Shown in pieces: positions 39,984 through 48,479 of a DNA stretch of 56,927 bases. The DNA comes from Peptococcaceae bacterium UBA5356. Lineage in GTDB: Bacteria; Bacillota; Peptococcia; DRI-13; DTU073. Location: the NCBI GenBank assembly GCA_002407935.1, contig DHPU01000066.1, positions 1-56,927 on the forward strand, written 5' to 3'. The notes under the pieces are model-generated. The model did not search any database and had not been told where the DNA came from. It saw only the letters and a list, made by a program, of their open reading frames with translations. The position numbers were made by a program, and so were the translations under genes. How positions within the stretch are numbered: the first letter of the stretch is position 1; every line of letters begins with the position of its first letter.

Positions 39984-40598
39984 ATGAAAATTAAAAAAAT
40001 AAATGATGATAAAGTGCAGATTATTATCACAAACCAGGATTTGGAAGAGAGAAACTTTAAAAAATGGGAGCTAATGCCTTTAAGTCCTAAAGCCCAGGAG
40101 CTATTTCAGGATTTACTTGATATGGCTTATCATGAATGCGGTTTTCAGATTGAAGAAGATTCGCAGTTAATGGTGGAAGCCTATCCTTTATCTGTAGATA
40201 GTATTGCGGTGATTATGACTAAGGTTCGTTCCTCGCGGGGAACGGAAAATGCGAATCTTTTTACTTTTGGTCAGCCTGATGAAGAGGAAGAAGACGATGA
40301 AGAATCCTGTTTTGAAAGAGGAACCGGTCAGGTATGGAATTTTGGCGATTTAGAGACTTGTATACAGGCGTGTAACAGGCTCGTTCCTGACTATCTTGAA
40401 GCTAGTGCTTTATATAAATATTTCGATGAATATTATCTGGCTGTTATAACAATTGATCTGGGGATTGAGGACGTAGCGGCAATTTTAGGTGAGTACGGGG
40501 ATTGGATACCTGTAGACGAGGTCTTCTTTAAGGAACATGGTCAAATCTTGATTGAGCGGGAAGCTGTGCCTAATCTTGCTAGTTTGATTGGTAAATAA
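39984..40598 (+). CDS. mecA: Adaptor protein MecA
   Basis: MKIKKINDDKVQIIIT..DLEERN N-terminal domain, acidic linker and C-terminal domain. ATG 39984 after GGAGGTGG. Confidence 0.85.
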   Translation: MKIKKINDDKVQIIITNQDLEERNFKKWELMPLSPKAQELFQDLLDMAYHECGFQIEEDSQLMVEAYPLSVDSIAVIMTKVRSSRGTENANLFTFGQPDEEEEDDEESCFERGTGQVWNFGDLETCIQACNRLVPDYLEASALYKYFDEYYLAVITIDLGIEDVAAILGEYGDWIPVDEVFFKEHGQILIEREAVPNLASLIGK

Positions 40599-40653
40599 GA
40601 AAATAGGGAGCGGGTATGCTTTAAACACGGGTGCGGAGGCTCCAGGGACAGAC

Positions 40654-40681
40654 AAAGGGGACGGTTCACACCGTCCCCTTT
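40654..40681 (+). terminator. Hairpin terminator after mecA
   Basis: AAAGGGGACGG-TTCACA-CCGTCCCCTTT, a perfect 11-bp stem. Confidence 0.75.
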
Positions 40682-41015
40682 ATGATATTAAATGTTTCTT
40701 TTATAACTAATTATAACAATACTTCTTTCTTAAAAAACGCTTTTAGTACAATTAAGGGCATTCATACAAGCCATATTAAGAAAAGCCGGTTGAATAGTAA
40801 ATACAATTCATGGGAGAGAAGGGCTATTGGAAGTAATAGGTTTTATAAGGTTGAAGGTTATTTTCAAGATTATGTTATAAAACCAGTAAAGCGGAGTTTT
40901 CAGAAAGTGGGCATTAGTAAATAAGCAAAAAAATATCCTTTTGGGGGTCGTATTAATACGTAGCAAAAACTTAAATGTAAACTTTCTGCTGCAATAATAT
41001 GATTTTCGGAGCTGC

Positions 41016-41050
41016 AAAAAATAGCAATGGTTGAAACCATTGCTATTTTT
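41016..41050. terminator. Bidirectional intrinsic terminator closing an orphan AT-rich segment
   Basis: AAAAATAGCAATGG-TTGAA-CCATTGCTATTTTT, with an A-tract and a T-tract on the two sides. Confidence 0.75.
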
Positions 41051-41121
41051 ATGTAAAATGTTAGGCAGATTAGATTATCTTGGGCATGTAAAATGTTGGA
41101 TATGATTAGGTCGTAAATGTT
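41051..41121 (+). repeat. Imperfect direct repeats of about 35 nt (ATGTAAAATGTT..GATTAG units) upstream of the glycosyltransferase gene
   Basis: ATGTAAAATGTT at 41051-41062 and 41086-41097. CGTAAATGTT at 41112-41121. GATTAG follows the first two copies. Confidence 0.7.
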
Positions 41122-41228
41122 AACATGTTACTTTGAAAGTTTAATTTCGTCATCTATTGGGTTAAGATGAGAGATAAGTTATAATAATAGAAAGGTCAGG
41201 ATGAGAAAAGGAAGAGGAGTAGATAAGC

Positions 41229-42371
41229 ATGCAGGAAAAAAAGCCCATTAAAGCCTTAATCTTTTCTGTGTCTATCGGGGCTGGGCATGATTCAGTTGCG
41301 CAGGCTATTGCCGAACGGCTGATGGCTGAGGCACCTGGTTCAGAAGTGAAGATAATAGATACTTTTCGGTACATAAATAGTATTTTAAATAAGGTTGTTG
41401 TAGGTAGTTATATGGAGACCTTAAAGCTTACTCCAAAGGTTTGGGGATATTTATATGATCAGGCAGAGGAGGGAGATAAGCTGGTAGATTTAAGTCGGCT
41501 TTCTGCTAAAATCCTTTCTCCTAAAATAGAACAATTGATTAATGAAGTTAATCCACAGGTTATTATAACTTGCCATGCTTTTCCAACCGGGATGTTGGGG
41601 GCGATGAAACGTAAAGGACGGATTAAAGTGCCTCTCGCTGCGGCCATAACTGATTTTCACATTCATTCTATTTGGATCAGTCAGGGGATAGATTTGTATT
41701 TTATACCTTCGGTAGATTTGAATTATCATTTAATCCAGGAGGGCATTCTGCCGGAAAAGATTAAGCCGGTGGGGATACCGATTCGGATGCAGTTTGGGCA
41801 GGAAATTGATTCGGTTGGGGTGAAAGAAGAGTTTCAGTTAACCGGGGGTCCGGTTGTCCTAATTATGGGCGGGGGACTGGGATTAGGGAGAATTGAGGTA
41901 ATTACGAAAAAAATTCTGAATGATGAAAGATTTGGGGTTGTCGTGGTAGCAGGAAAAAACAAGCGCCTTTATGAGGCACTGAGCAAATTAAATAATGACA
42001 GATTACGGGTTTTTGGTTATGTAGAGGATATGGCCAGAGTAATTGCTGCTTGTGATGTAGTTATCTCCAAACCTGGCGGAGTCACTACAGCTGAAGTTTT
42101 AGCGATGGGGAAACCGTTGGTAATTTATTCATCCCTCCCCGGACAGGAAGACAGAAATACTGATTATTTGCTCAACAGGGGGGCTGCCGTAAAGGTCAAG
42201 AGATTGGATTCGCTGATACCGGAGTTGCTGGCGCTTTGGCAAAACTCGCTCAGATTGTCGCAGATGAAGGAGATAGCACGGCATCTGGGTTCTCCTCATT
42301 CCAGCAAGTTGGTCTGGGATAATCTTTGGCCGCTAATTGCTGAACAAGGACAACAGGGGCAAGGGGATTAA
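41229..42371 (+). CDS. MGDG-synthase-like GT28 glycosyltransferase (diacylglycerol glycosyltransferase type)
   Basis: N-terminal GAGH motif (SVSIGAGHDSVAQAI). C-terminal GT-B part (ISKPGGVTTAEVLAMGKPLVI). Confidence 0.8.
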   Translation: MQEKKPIKALIFSVSIGAGHDSVAQAIAERLMAEAPGSEVKIIDTFRYINSILNKVVVGSYMETLKLTPKVWGYLYDQAEEGDKLVDLSRLSAKILSPKIEQLINEVNPQVIITCHAFPTGMLGAMKRKGRIKVPLAAAITDFHIHSIWISQGIDLYFIPSVDLNYHLIQEGILPEKIKPVGIPIRMQFGQEIDSVGVKEEFQLTGGPVVLIMGGGLGLGRIEVITKKILNDERFGVVVVAGKNKRLYEALSKLNNDRLRVFGYVEDMARVIAACDVVISKPGGVTTAEVLAMGKPLVIYSSLPGQEDRNTDYLLNRGAAVKVKRLDSLIPELLALWQNSLRLSQMKEIARHLGSPHSSKLVWDNLWPLIAEQGQQGQGD

Positions 42372-42520
42372 TCTTGCAATTTGCTACAACACCGTTTATA
42401 ATTTTATCAAGTAAAGAAAAATCCTAATTTATTAAGTGTAATAATGTAAAGTGTAAGACGGTAGCATGGATAACAAAATAAGGCGGGGATTGGGTTTGGT
42501 AGTAGCATGGTAGAACGGTA

Positions 42521-42569
42521 GGAAGAAGATGTATTATGGAAGGCACCCTTTCTTCTTGGTGTCTTTTTT
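42521..42569 (+). promoter_or_regulatory. Candidate attenuator in the aroF leader
   Basis: Hairpin GGCACC (42542-42547) / GGTGTC (42558-42563) followed by T6 (42564-42569). GGAAGAAGA (42521-42529) can pair instead with TCTTCTT (42551-42557). Confidence 0.4.
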
Positions 42570-42643
42570 ATTTCTCTTTTTCTCACCGGGTTTGCCGGGG
42601 AAAGGCAGAGTTACAGAAGAAATATGCTAAAAAGAAAGGGAGA

Positions 42644-43669
42644 ATGGAAAAAATGATTATTGTGATGAATTCCGGTGTGGGCGAGAAGACTGTACAAAAG
42701 GTAACGGAGAAGCTGCAAAAGCATGGGTTTCAGATTCATGAGTCCAGGGGTGTGGAAAAGATTTTGATTGGGGCAGTGGGAGATAAATCCCATTACATGA
42801 ATTTGGCTTTAGAAGCGATGGATGGGGTAGAAAAGGTTATTTCTATTTTAGCTCCGTATAAATTGGCTGGCAGAGAATTTCATCCGGAAAATACAGTGGT
42901 TAAATTAGGGGATATTTCCATAGGAGGACCGCAGATTCAGGTCATGGCCGGTCCTTGTGCCGTGGAAAGCCGGGAGCAGCTTTTAGAAATTGCTTTTATG
43001 GTGAAAGAAAGCGGAGCCAAAATTTTGCGGGGCGGGGCTTTTAAACCTCGGACTTCACCTTATGCCTTTCAGGGATTAGAAGAGGAAGGATTGGAATATC
43101 TGGCGGAAGCTCGGGAAAGAACGGGGCTCTATATTGTCACGGAAGTAATGGATACGAGAAAGGTGGAAATGGTAGCCCAATATTCCGATATTCTGCAAAT
43201 CGGGGCGAGAAACATGCAGAATTTCCCTCTTTTGATGGAAGCGGCGAAGTATAATAAGCCGGTCGTTTTAAAAAGGGGCTTGTCTGCGACAATTGAAGAA
43301 TGGATTATGGCTGCGGAGTATATTATGGTAAGTGGAAATCATCAGGTGATTCTTTGTGAAAGGGGACTTCGTTCTTTTGATGCTGCTTATACCCGTAATG
43401 TGCTTGATTTAGCGGCGGTGCCGGTGTTGAAGGAGCTTACCCATTTGCCTGTTGTTGTGGATCCCAGTCACGGGACGGGGAAATGGCGGCTGGTGGAACC
43501 AATGGCTCGTGCCGCGGTAGCAGCCGGGGCTGATGGTTTAATCGTGGAGGTGCATAATCATCCCAGCGAGGCGCTTTGTGACGGGTCTCAATCTATTAAA
43601 CCGCCAAGATTATTTAATTTGTTAAAAGAAACCGGGAAAATAGCGGAAGTGATGGGGCGGACCATTTAG
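42644..43669 (+). CDS. aroF: 3-deoxy-7-phosphoheptulonate (DAHP) synthase, class I-beta with an N-terminal regulatory domain
   Basis: Core motifs MAGPCAVES, LRGGAFKPRTSPYAFQG and DPSHG. The start is ATG 42644 or, with better RBS spacing, ATG 42653. The 42536 extension is leader sequence. Confidence 0.9.
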   Translation: MEKMIIVMNSGVGEKTVQKVTEKLQKHGFQIHESRGVEKILIGAVGDKSHYMNLALEAMDGVEKVISILAPYKLAGREFHPENTVVKLGDISIGGPQIQVMAGPCAVESREQLLEIAFMVKESGAKILRGGAFKPRTSPYAFQGLEEEGLEYLAEARERTGLYIVTEVMDTRKVEMVAQYSDILQIGARNMQNFPLLMEAAKYNKPVVLKRGLSATIEEWIMAAEYIMVSGNHQVILCERGLRSFDAAYTRNVLDLAAVPVLKELTHLPVVVDPSHGTGKWRLVEPMARAAVAAGADGLIVEVHNHPSEALCDGSQSIKPPRLFNLLKETGKIAEVMGRTI

Positions 43670-43703
43670 GGATAGAAAAGGGATAAGGATAGAGGATAGA
43701 AAG

Positions 43704-44810
43704 ATGAAGGTAAAGAGGATTACGATTATCGGCTTGGGTTTGATAGGCGGTTCTCTGGGGCTGGCCTTGAAGAAAAAGCTTCCGGAGCTTAAGGTGTGCG
43801 GCGTGGATCTAAGTGCGGAAGTAGTGCGGATGGCTGTGGAAATAGGGGCTATTGATGATGGCACTGTGCAGATAGAGCAAGGGGTTGCCGCGGCGGAGAT
43901 TATTTTTCTGGCTACTCCCGTACCGGAAATGAGGCAGCTTTGTGCAAAAATGGTGCCCTATTTGGCCCAAGGGACGATTGTCACCGATATGGGTAGTACC
44001 AAAGAGAAGATTGTGGAGTTAATGGAAAGAAGCTTGCCTGTCGGGGTAACTTTTTTAGGGGGGCATCCCATGGCCGGTTCGGAGAAAGCGGGTATTCAAG
44101 AGGCTCATGTAGATCTCCTGGAAAATGCGGTTTATCTGTTGACTCCTACGACCAAGACGCCGATTGAGGTTATTGATATGGTAAGAAGTATTTTGGAGCG
44201 GCTAGGGGCAAGAATTATCCTTCTTTCTCCCGCCGAGCATGACCGTAAGGTGGCGGCGATCAGTCATTTACCCCATTTTCTCGCCAGTGCGCTTGTGGAT
44301 ACGGTTGGTTTTCTGGAGGAAAAAGAAGGCGGTTTTTTTTCACTGGCGGCGGGAGGTTTCCGTGATACGACACGTATTGCGGGCAGTCAGAGCGGGATGT
44401 GGTGCGATATTTTTTTGCAAAACAAACGGGCATTACTGCCGCTGCTGAAAGAATTTCAGCATATTTTGGCCGGATATGAAGCAGCCTTGGAAACAGAAGA
44501 TAGTTCCTTGCTGACGGAAAAACTGGAACAGGCTAAAAAATGGCGGGAGAGTGTTCCTGCCGGGTTGAAAGGGATTTTGCCGCAGATTTTTGAGTTGACG
44601 GTAATGGTTCCTGATCAGCCGGGAGTTTTAGCAGAATTGACCGGTTTATTGAGGGAGGAAGGTTTAAATATTAGTGATATTGAGATTCAGCGAGTTCGTG
44701 AAGAAAATGAAGGTACTATTCGTTTGGGTTTTGTGAATAAAGAAAGTTGTGAGCGGGCGAATCAGGTTTTGCAGAGCAGGGGCTACCTTGTGTATAAGAC
44801 CGGTTTGTAA
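43704..44810 (+). CDS. tyrA: Prephenate dehydrogenase with C-terminal ACT domain
   Basis: Rossmann motif IIGLGLIGGSLGLAL, GGHPMAGSE, and an ACT-like tail. Confidence 0.9.
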   Translation: MKVKRITIIGLGLIGGSLGLALKKKLPELKVCGVDLSAEVVRMAVEIGAIDDGTVQIEQGVAAAEIIFLATPVPEMRQLCAKMVPYLAQGTIVTDMGSTKEKIVELMERSLPVGVTFLGGHPMAGSEKAGIQEAHVDLLENAVYLLTPTTKTPIEVIDMVRSILERLGARIILLSPAEHDRKVAAISHLPHFLASALVDTVGFLEEKEGGFFSLAAGGFRDTTRIAGSQSGMWCDIFLQNKRALLPLLKEFQHILAGYEAALETEDSSLLTEKLEQAKKWRESVPAGLKGILPQIFELTVMVPDQPGVLAELTGLLREEGLNISDIEIQRVREENEGTIRLGFVNKESCERANQVLQSRGYLVYKTGL

Positions 44811-44850
44811 GCGGAGGCAAACAAAAATTAAGAGTGGGGGAAAGTGTTTG

Positions 44851-46278
44851 GTGTTTAAAGAGATTCTTCCTATGAGGGGACTACATGGGGTAATACGTGT
44901 TCCCGGAGATAAATCAATTTCACATCGGGCGGTTATGCTGGGTGCTTTAGCAGAAGGGACTACGCACATAGAGGGCTTTCTTACTGCGGAGGATTGCCTG
45001 CATACGCTGCAATGTATCCGTTCTTTAGGTGTAACTGTGCAGACCGAGGATGAACAGCGGAGTAAACAAGAACAGCAAGTGGGGTGGCTTATATCAACTG
45101 CACAAGCGGATTTGGCGGAAAGCACGGAAGTTAACGGTTGGGTGGAAAACCCTATGCCTGCCGGAATGAGAATTCTGATTGAGGGAAAAGGCTTAGGAGG
45201 TTTGCAGGAACCGGAAGAAGTTCTGGATGCGGGTAATTCGGGGACGACCCTGCGGCTTTTAAGCGGGATCTTAGCCGGGCAGTCTTTCACCTCTTTTCTA
45301 ACGGGGGATGCTTCGCTGTGTAAACGGCCGATGGAGCGGATTACGATTCCTTTGCGCAAAATGGGGGCGCAAATAATGGGTCGTCGGGGAGGGAGCTGGG
45401 CTCCTTTGGCGATCAGGGGAGGTAAATTACAGGCGATTTCGTACCAATTACCGGTGGCCAGTGCCCAGGTGAAGTCGGCTCTTTTGTTGGCCGGTCTTTT
45501 TGCCCCGGGGTGGACAGAGGTAAGTGAACCGGCGCTTTCCCGTAATCATACGGAATTAATGCTGGAGGCCTTTGGGACAGAGGTAGAAAAGGAGCCGCAG
45601 GGGGCGGGGATGCGTGTGCGGGTAAAGGGGTTCCCCACTTTGCAAGCTCAAAAGGTCAGTGTACCGGGCGATCTTTCTTCGGCGGCTTTTTTGCTGGTAG
45701 CCGGGGCGATTGTTCCTGCGGCGAAGCTTACCATTAAGTCAGTAGGCTTGAATCCTACGCGAGATGGTATCATAGAAGTTTTGCAAGCGATGGGAGCCAA
45801 GCTGCGGATTACGGAAGTTCAACAAATAGCAGGTGAATTAAGGGGGACAATCGAAGTAGAAAGTAGTGCTCTGCAAGGGATTTCTGTAGGTGGGGAAATG
45901 ATTCCCCGTTTAATCGATGAAATACCGTTAGTGGCCGTAGCCGGGTTATTTGCCCGCGGAGTTACGGAAATAAGGGATGCGGCTGAATTAAAGGTAAAGG
46001 AAAGTAACCGTCTGCTGGCTATTTGTGAAGGGCTTTCCCGTCTGGGCGGACGGGTGGAGGAGCTTTCGGATGGGCTGCGTATCTATGGCGGGCATCCTTT
46101 GTATGGAGCTTCCTGCCGGAGCTTTGGGGATCATCGTATTGCGATGGCTCTTGCGGTGGCGGCACTCTGTGCTCAGGGGACGACGGTGCTGGAAGGGGCG
46201 GAAGCCGTAGATATTTCTTTCCCCGGCTTTTGGAGGCTACTGGAAGAATTAAGGAGTGGAAGCCAATGTGTAAGGTAA
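44851..46278 (+). CDS. aroA: 3-phosphoshikimate 1-carboxyvinyltransferase (EPSP synthase)
   Basis: PGDKSISHRA, GNSGTTLRLL and DHRIAMA motifs. GTG 44851 gives a normal N-terminus; the 44749 ORF start overlaps tyrA. Confidence 0.9.
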   Translation: MFKEILPMRGLHGVIRVPGDKSISHRAVMLGALAEGTTHIEGFLTAEDCLHTLQCIRSLGVTVQTEDEQRSKQEQQVGWLISTAQADLAESTEVNGWVENPMPAGMRILIEGKGLGGLQEPEEVLDAGNSGTTLRLLSGILAGQSFTSFLTGDASLCKRPMERITIPLRKMGAQIMGRRGGSWAPLAIRGGKLQAISYQLPVASAQVKSALLLAGLFAPGWTEVSEPALSRNHTELMLEAFGTEVEKEPQGAGMRVRVKGFPTLQAQKVSVPGDLSSAAFLLVAGAIVPAAKLTIKSVGLNPTRDGIIEVLQAMGAKLRITEVQQIAGELRGTIEVESSALQGISVGGEMIPRLIDEIPLVAVAGLFARGVTEIRDAAELKVKESNRLLAICEGLSRLGGRVEELSDGLRIYGGHPLYGASCRSFGDHRIAMALAVAALCAQGTTVLEGAEAVDISFPGFWRLLEELRSGSQCVR

Positions 46279-47216
46279 GGGGCAAGGTGAACGGAGCAAC
46301 GAAGGTATATGCGATTCTGGGAAATCCGCTGGGGCATACGCTCTCGCCGGCCATGCATAATGCGGCCTTTGCCGCTCTAAAGATGAACGCTGTCTATCTA
46401 GCTTTACAGGTGGAGAAGCATAATTTGGCGGAAGCGGTAAAGGGCATAAGGGCTTTGGGAATACAAGGGGGAAATGTGACGATTCCGTTTAAGGAAGCAA
46501 TCATCCCTTATTTGGATGGGCTCACGGAGGAAGCACGTTTAATAGGGGCAGTAAACACCTTCTATTGGGATGAGAACGGGCAGGGTTTGTGGGGAGATAA
46601 TACAGATGGGGCTGGCTTTTTAGCTGCTTTAGGGGAAAAAAGTCCCGCGATTTTGCAGGAGGAGCAAGGGGCGGTATTGCTGGGAGCTGGGGGAGCGGCC
46701 AGGGCGGTAGCTGTGGCTTTAGCTCTTGCCGGAATGAAGGAACTGACCATTGTCAATCGTGATCAGGTAAGAGGGGAAGTATTAGCGGCTCGGTTAGGGA
46801 AATTAGGGATGAAGGCAACTGTACGGGCTTGGCCGGAAAAAGGAATACAAGAGATGTCTAAAGAAGAATATAAAGAAGAATATAAAAAAGAGCGAAAAGA
46901 ACAAAAAGAGGAATTTAGAGAACTTTTTCGGAAAAACAGGTTAATTATTAATACGACTCCCTTAGGGATGTCTCCGTATGAAGAGGAATGTCCTCCCCTT
47001 GATGCGGAGTGGCTGCATCAAGAACATTTGGTTGTAGATTTAATTTATCGGCCTAGGGAAACAAGGCTTTTACAGAGAGCCAGGGTCAGGGGTTGCCAAA
47101 CGTTAAATGGTTTACCCATGCTGTTGGCGCAGGGGGTTTTGTCTTTTCAGCGATGGGCGGGGGGAGTTGCAGCACCGGTAGAAGTGATGGCCAAAGAATT
47201 GGAAAGGTGGGTTTAA
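46266..47216 (+). CDS. aroE: Shikimate dehydrogenase
   Basis: [35 protein letters not shown] and NTTPLGM motifs. ATG 46266 lies 10 nt after AAGGAG. Confidence 0.9.
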   Translation: MCKVRGKVNGATKVYAILGNPLGHTLSPAMHNAAFAALKMNAVYLALQVEKHNLAEAVKGIRALGIQGGNVTIPFKEAIIPYLDGLTEEARLIGAVNTFYWDENGQGLWGDNTDGAGFLAALGEKSPAILQEEQGAVLLGAGGAARAVAVALALAGMKELTIVNRDQVRGEVLAARLGKLGMKATVRAWPEKGIQEMSKEEYKEEYKKERKEQKEEFRELFRKNRLIINTTPLGMSPYEEECPPLDAEWLHQEHLVVDLIYRPRETRLLQRARVRGCQTLNGLPMLLAQGVLSFQRWAGGVAAPVEVMAKELERWV

Positions 47217-47217
47217 A

Positions 47218-48372
47218 ATGCTGCGTTTTCTTACGGCGGGGGAATCTCATGGCCGGATGCTGTTAGCCATTATGGAAGGGCTTCCGGCAGGATTAAAACT
47301 GGATGTGGCGAGGATTAACGGCCTTTTAAAGAAGCGGCAGGGGGGATATGGCCGAGGCCAAAGAATGACCATTGAGGAAGACCGGGTAGAGATTTTAGCC
47401 GGGCTGAGGGGAGGAGTAACGTTAGGGAGTCCTTTGGCGTTGGCGATTGTTAATCGGGACTGGGAAAGCTGGCAGGAAATTATGGCGTCCGGCTCAGAGG
47501 CAAAAATAGGGGAAAGAGTAATTACGAAACCTCGTCCCGGGCACGCGGATCTAGCCGGTGGGTTAAAATACCGGCAGCAGGATTTGCGTAATATTCTCGA
47601 AAGAGCCAGTGCCAGGGAAACGGCGATACGGGTGGCGGTAGGGGCTGTGGCCGAGGAATTATTACAGGCATTGGATATTCGGGTAGAAGGTCAAGTAGTG
47701 GCAATTGGCGGAATTCAAGCCTGTGCGGCAGAAAAAACATGGGGGGAGCAATTATTTGCGAACCCGTTGTATTGTCCGGATCAGGAGGCTTCCTTGCGGA
47801 TGATTAAGGCGATTGAAGAGGCTAAGGAAAAAGGTGATACGCTGGGTGGGGTTATCCGGATTGTTAGCGAGGGAGTACCTTGGGGTTTGGGCTCTCATGT
47901 GCAGTGGGACCGCCGTCTGGAGGGGAGGCTGGCCCAGGCCCTGATGAGTATTCCGGCTATTAAGGGAGTGGAAATAGGGGCCGGTTTTACATCGGCTTCT
48001 TTACCCGGTTCCCAGGTACATGATGAGATAGAGTATGAGCCTGTCGGCGGGGGCTTTCGGCACCGTACGAATCGTGCCGGAGGGATTGAAGGGGGTATGA
48101 CGAATGGGGAGCGGTTGGTAATTAAGGCCGCAATGAAACCGATTCCCACCTTGCGGAAGTCTTTAGCCAGTGTGGATCTGCATACGAAAGAACCTTTTGC
48201 GGCGGCAGTGGAACGCTCCGATGTTTGTGCTGTGCCGGCGGCAGCCATAGTGGGGGAGGCCGTAACGGCCTGGGTGCTGGCGGAAGCAGTGCTGGAGAAG
48301 TTTGGCGGGGATCATCTGGAAGAGACCCTGTTGAACTATAATAATTACTTAAAGTATTTATATAATCGATAG
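47218..48372 (+). CDS. aroC: Chorismate synthase
   Basis: [14 protein letters not shown] and SARETA signatures. Confidence 0.95.
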   Translation: MLRFLTAGESHGRMLLAIMEGLPAGLKLDVARINGLLKKRQGGYGRGQRMTIEEDRVEILAGLRGGVTLGSPLALAIVNRDWESWQEIMASGSEAKIGERVITKPRPGHADLAGGLKYRQQDLRNILERASARETAIRVAVGAVAEELLQALDIRVEGQVVAIGGIQACAAEKTWGEQLFANPLYCPDQEASLRMIKAIEEAKEKGDTLGGVIRIVSEGVPWGLGSHVQWDRRLEGRLAQALMSIPAIKGVEIGAGFTSASLPGSQVHDEIEYEPVGGGFRHRTNRAGGIEGGMTNGERLVIKAAMKPIPTLRKSLASVDLHTKEPFAAAVERSDVCAVPAAAIVGEAVTAWVLAEAVLEKFGGDHLEETLLNYNNYLKYLYNR

Positions 48373-48479
48373 TCGTTAGTATTAAGGGATTTTATTTAAC
48401 AAGGCAGTTTACTAAAAACAAGGCGTTTCATTAGGGATATAATTGTTTTTAGTTTAAAGATTAGATAGCGAATGGTTGG

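Noticed and set aside
40631-41017. ORFs 40631-40924 (+) and 40808-41017 (-) in the AT-rich gap after mecA.
   Set aside because: The first starts upstream of, and reads through, the mecA terminator hairpin. Neither has an RBS, and both have low-complexity, Lys/Asn/Phe-biased products typical of random AT-rich frames.
41051-41121. Considered as a mini CRISPR-like array.
   Set aside because: There are only 2-3 imperfect 12-nt cores with 35-nt periodicity, no cas genes, and no spacer/repeat regularity. It is better explained as a regulatory repeat.
42461-42530. Possible TRAP (mtrB) binding array, based on repeated TAG triplets (GGTAG x4).
   Set aside because: There are only about 5 (G/U)AG triplets, with 0- or 5-nt spacers. 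TRAP sites have 9-11 triplets spaced by 2-3 nt.
42536-42643. In-frame N-terminal extension of aroF (MEGTLSSWCLFYFSFSH..).
   Set aside because: It has no RBS, it runs through the leader hairpin and T-tract, and DAHP synthase homology begins only at MEKMIIVMN. It is treated as leader RNA, not protein.
44664-45359. 231-aa minus-strand ORF antisense to the tyrA/aroA junction. The same applies to similar antisense or alternate-frame ORFs inside clpP, clpX, lonB, valS, mrdA, aroA/aroE/aroC and the fusion gene (e.g. 1846-2103, 2990-3349, 3121-3438, 4375-4743, 14976-15290, 15546-15914, 27993-28439, 28300-28647, 34725-35006, 46019-46354, 47895-48248).
   Set aside because: These are shadow ORFs opposite or within strongly supported genes. 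They have no RBS, and their products are Arg/Ser/Pro-rich or otherwise implausible.
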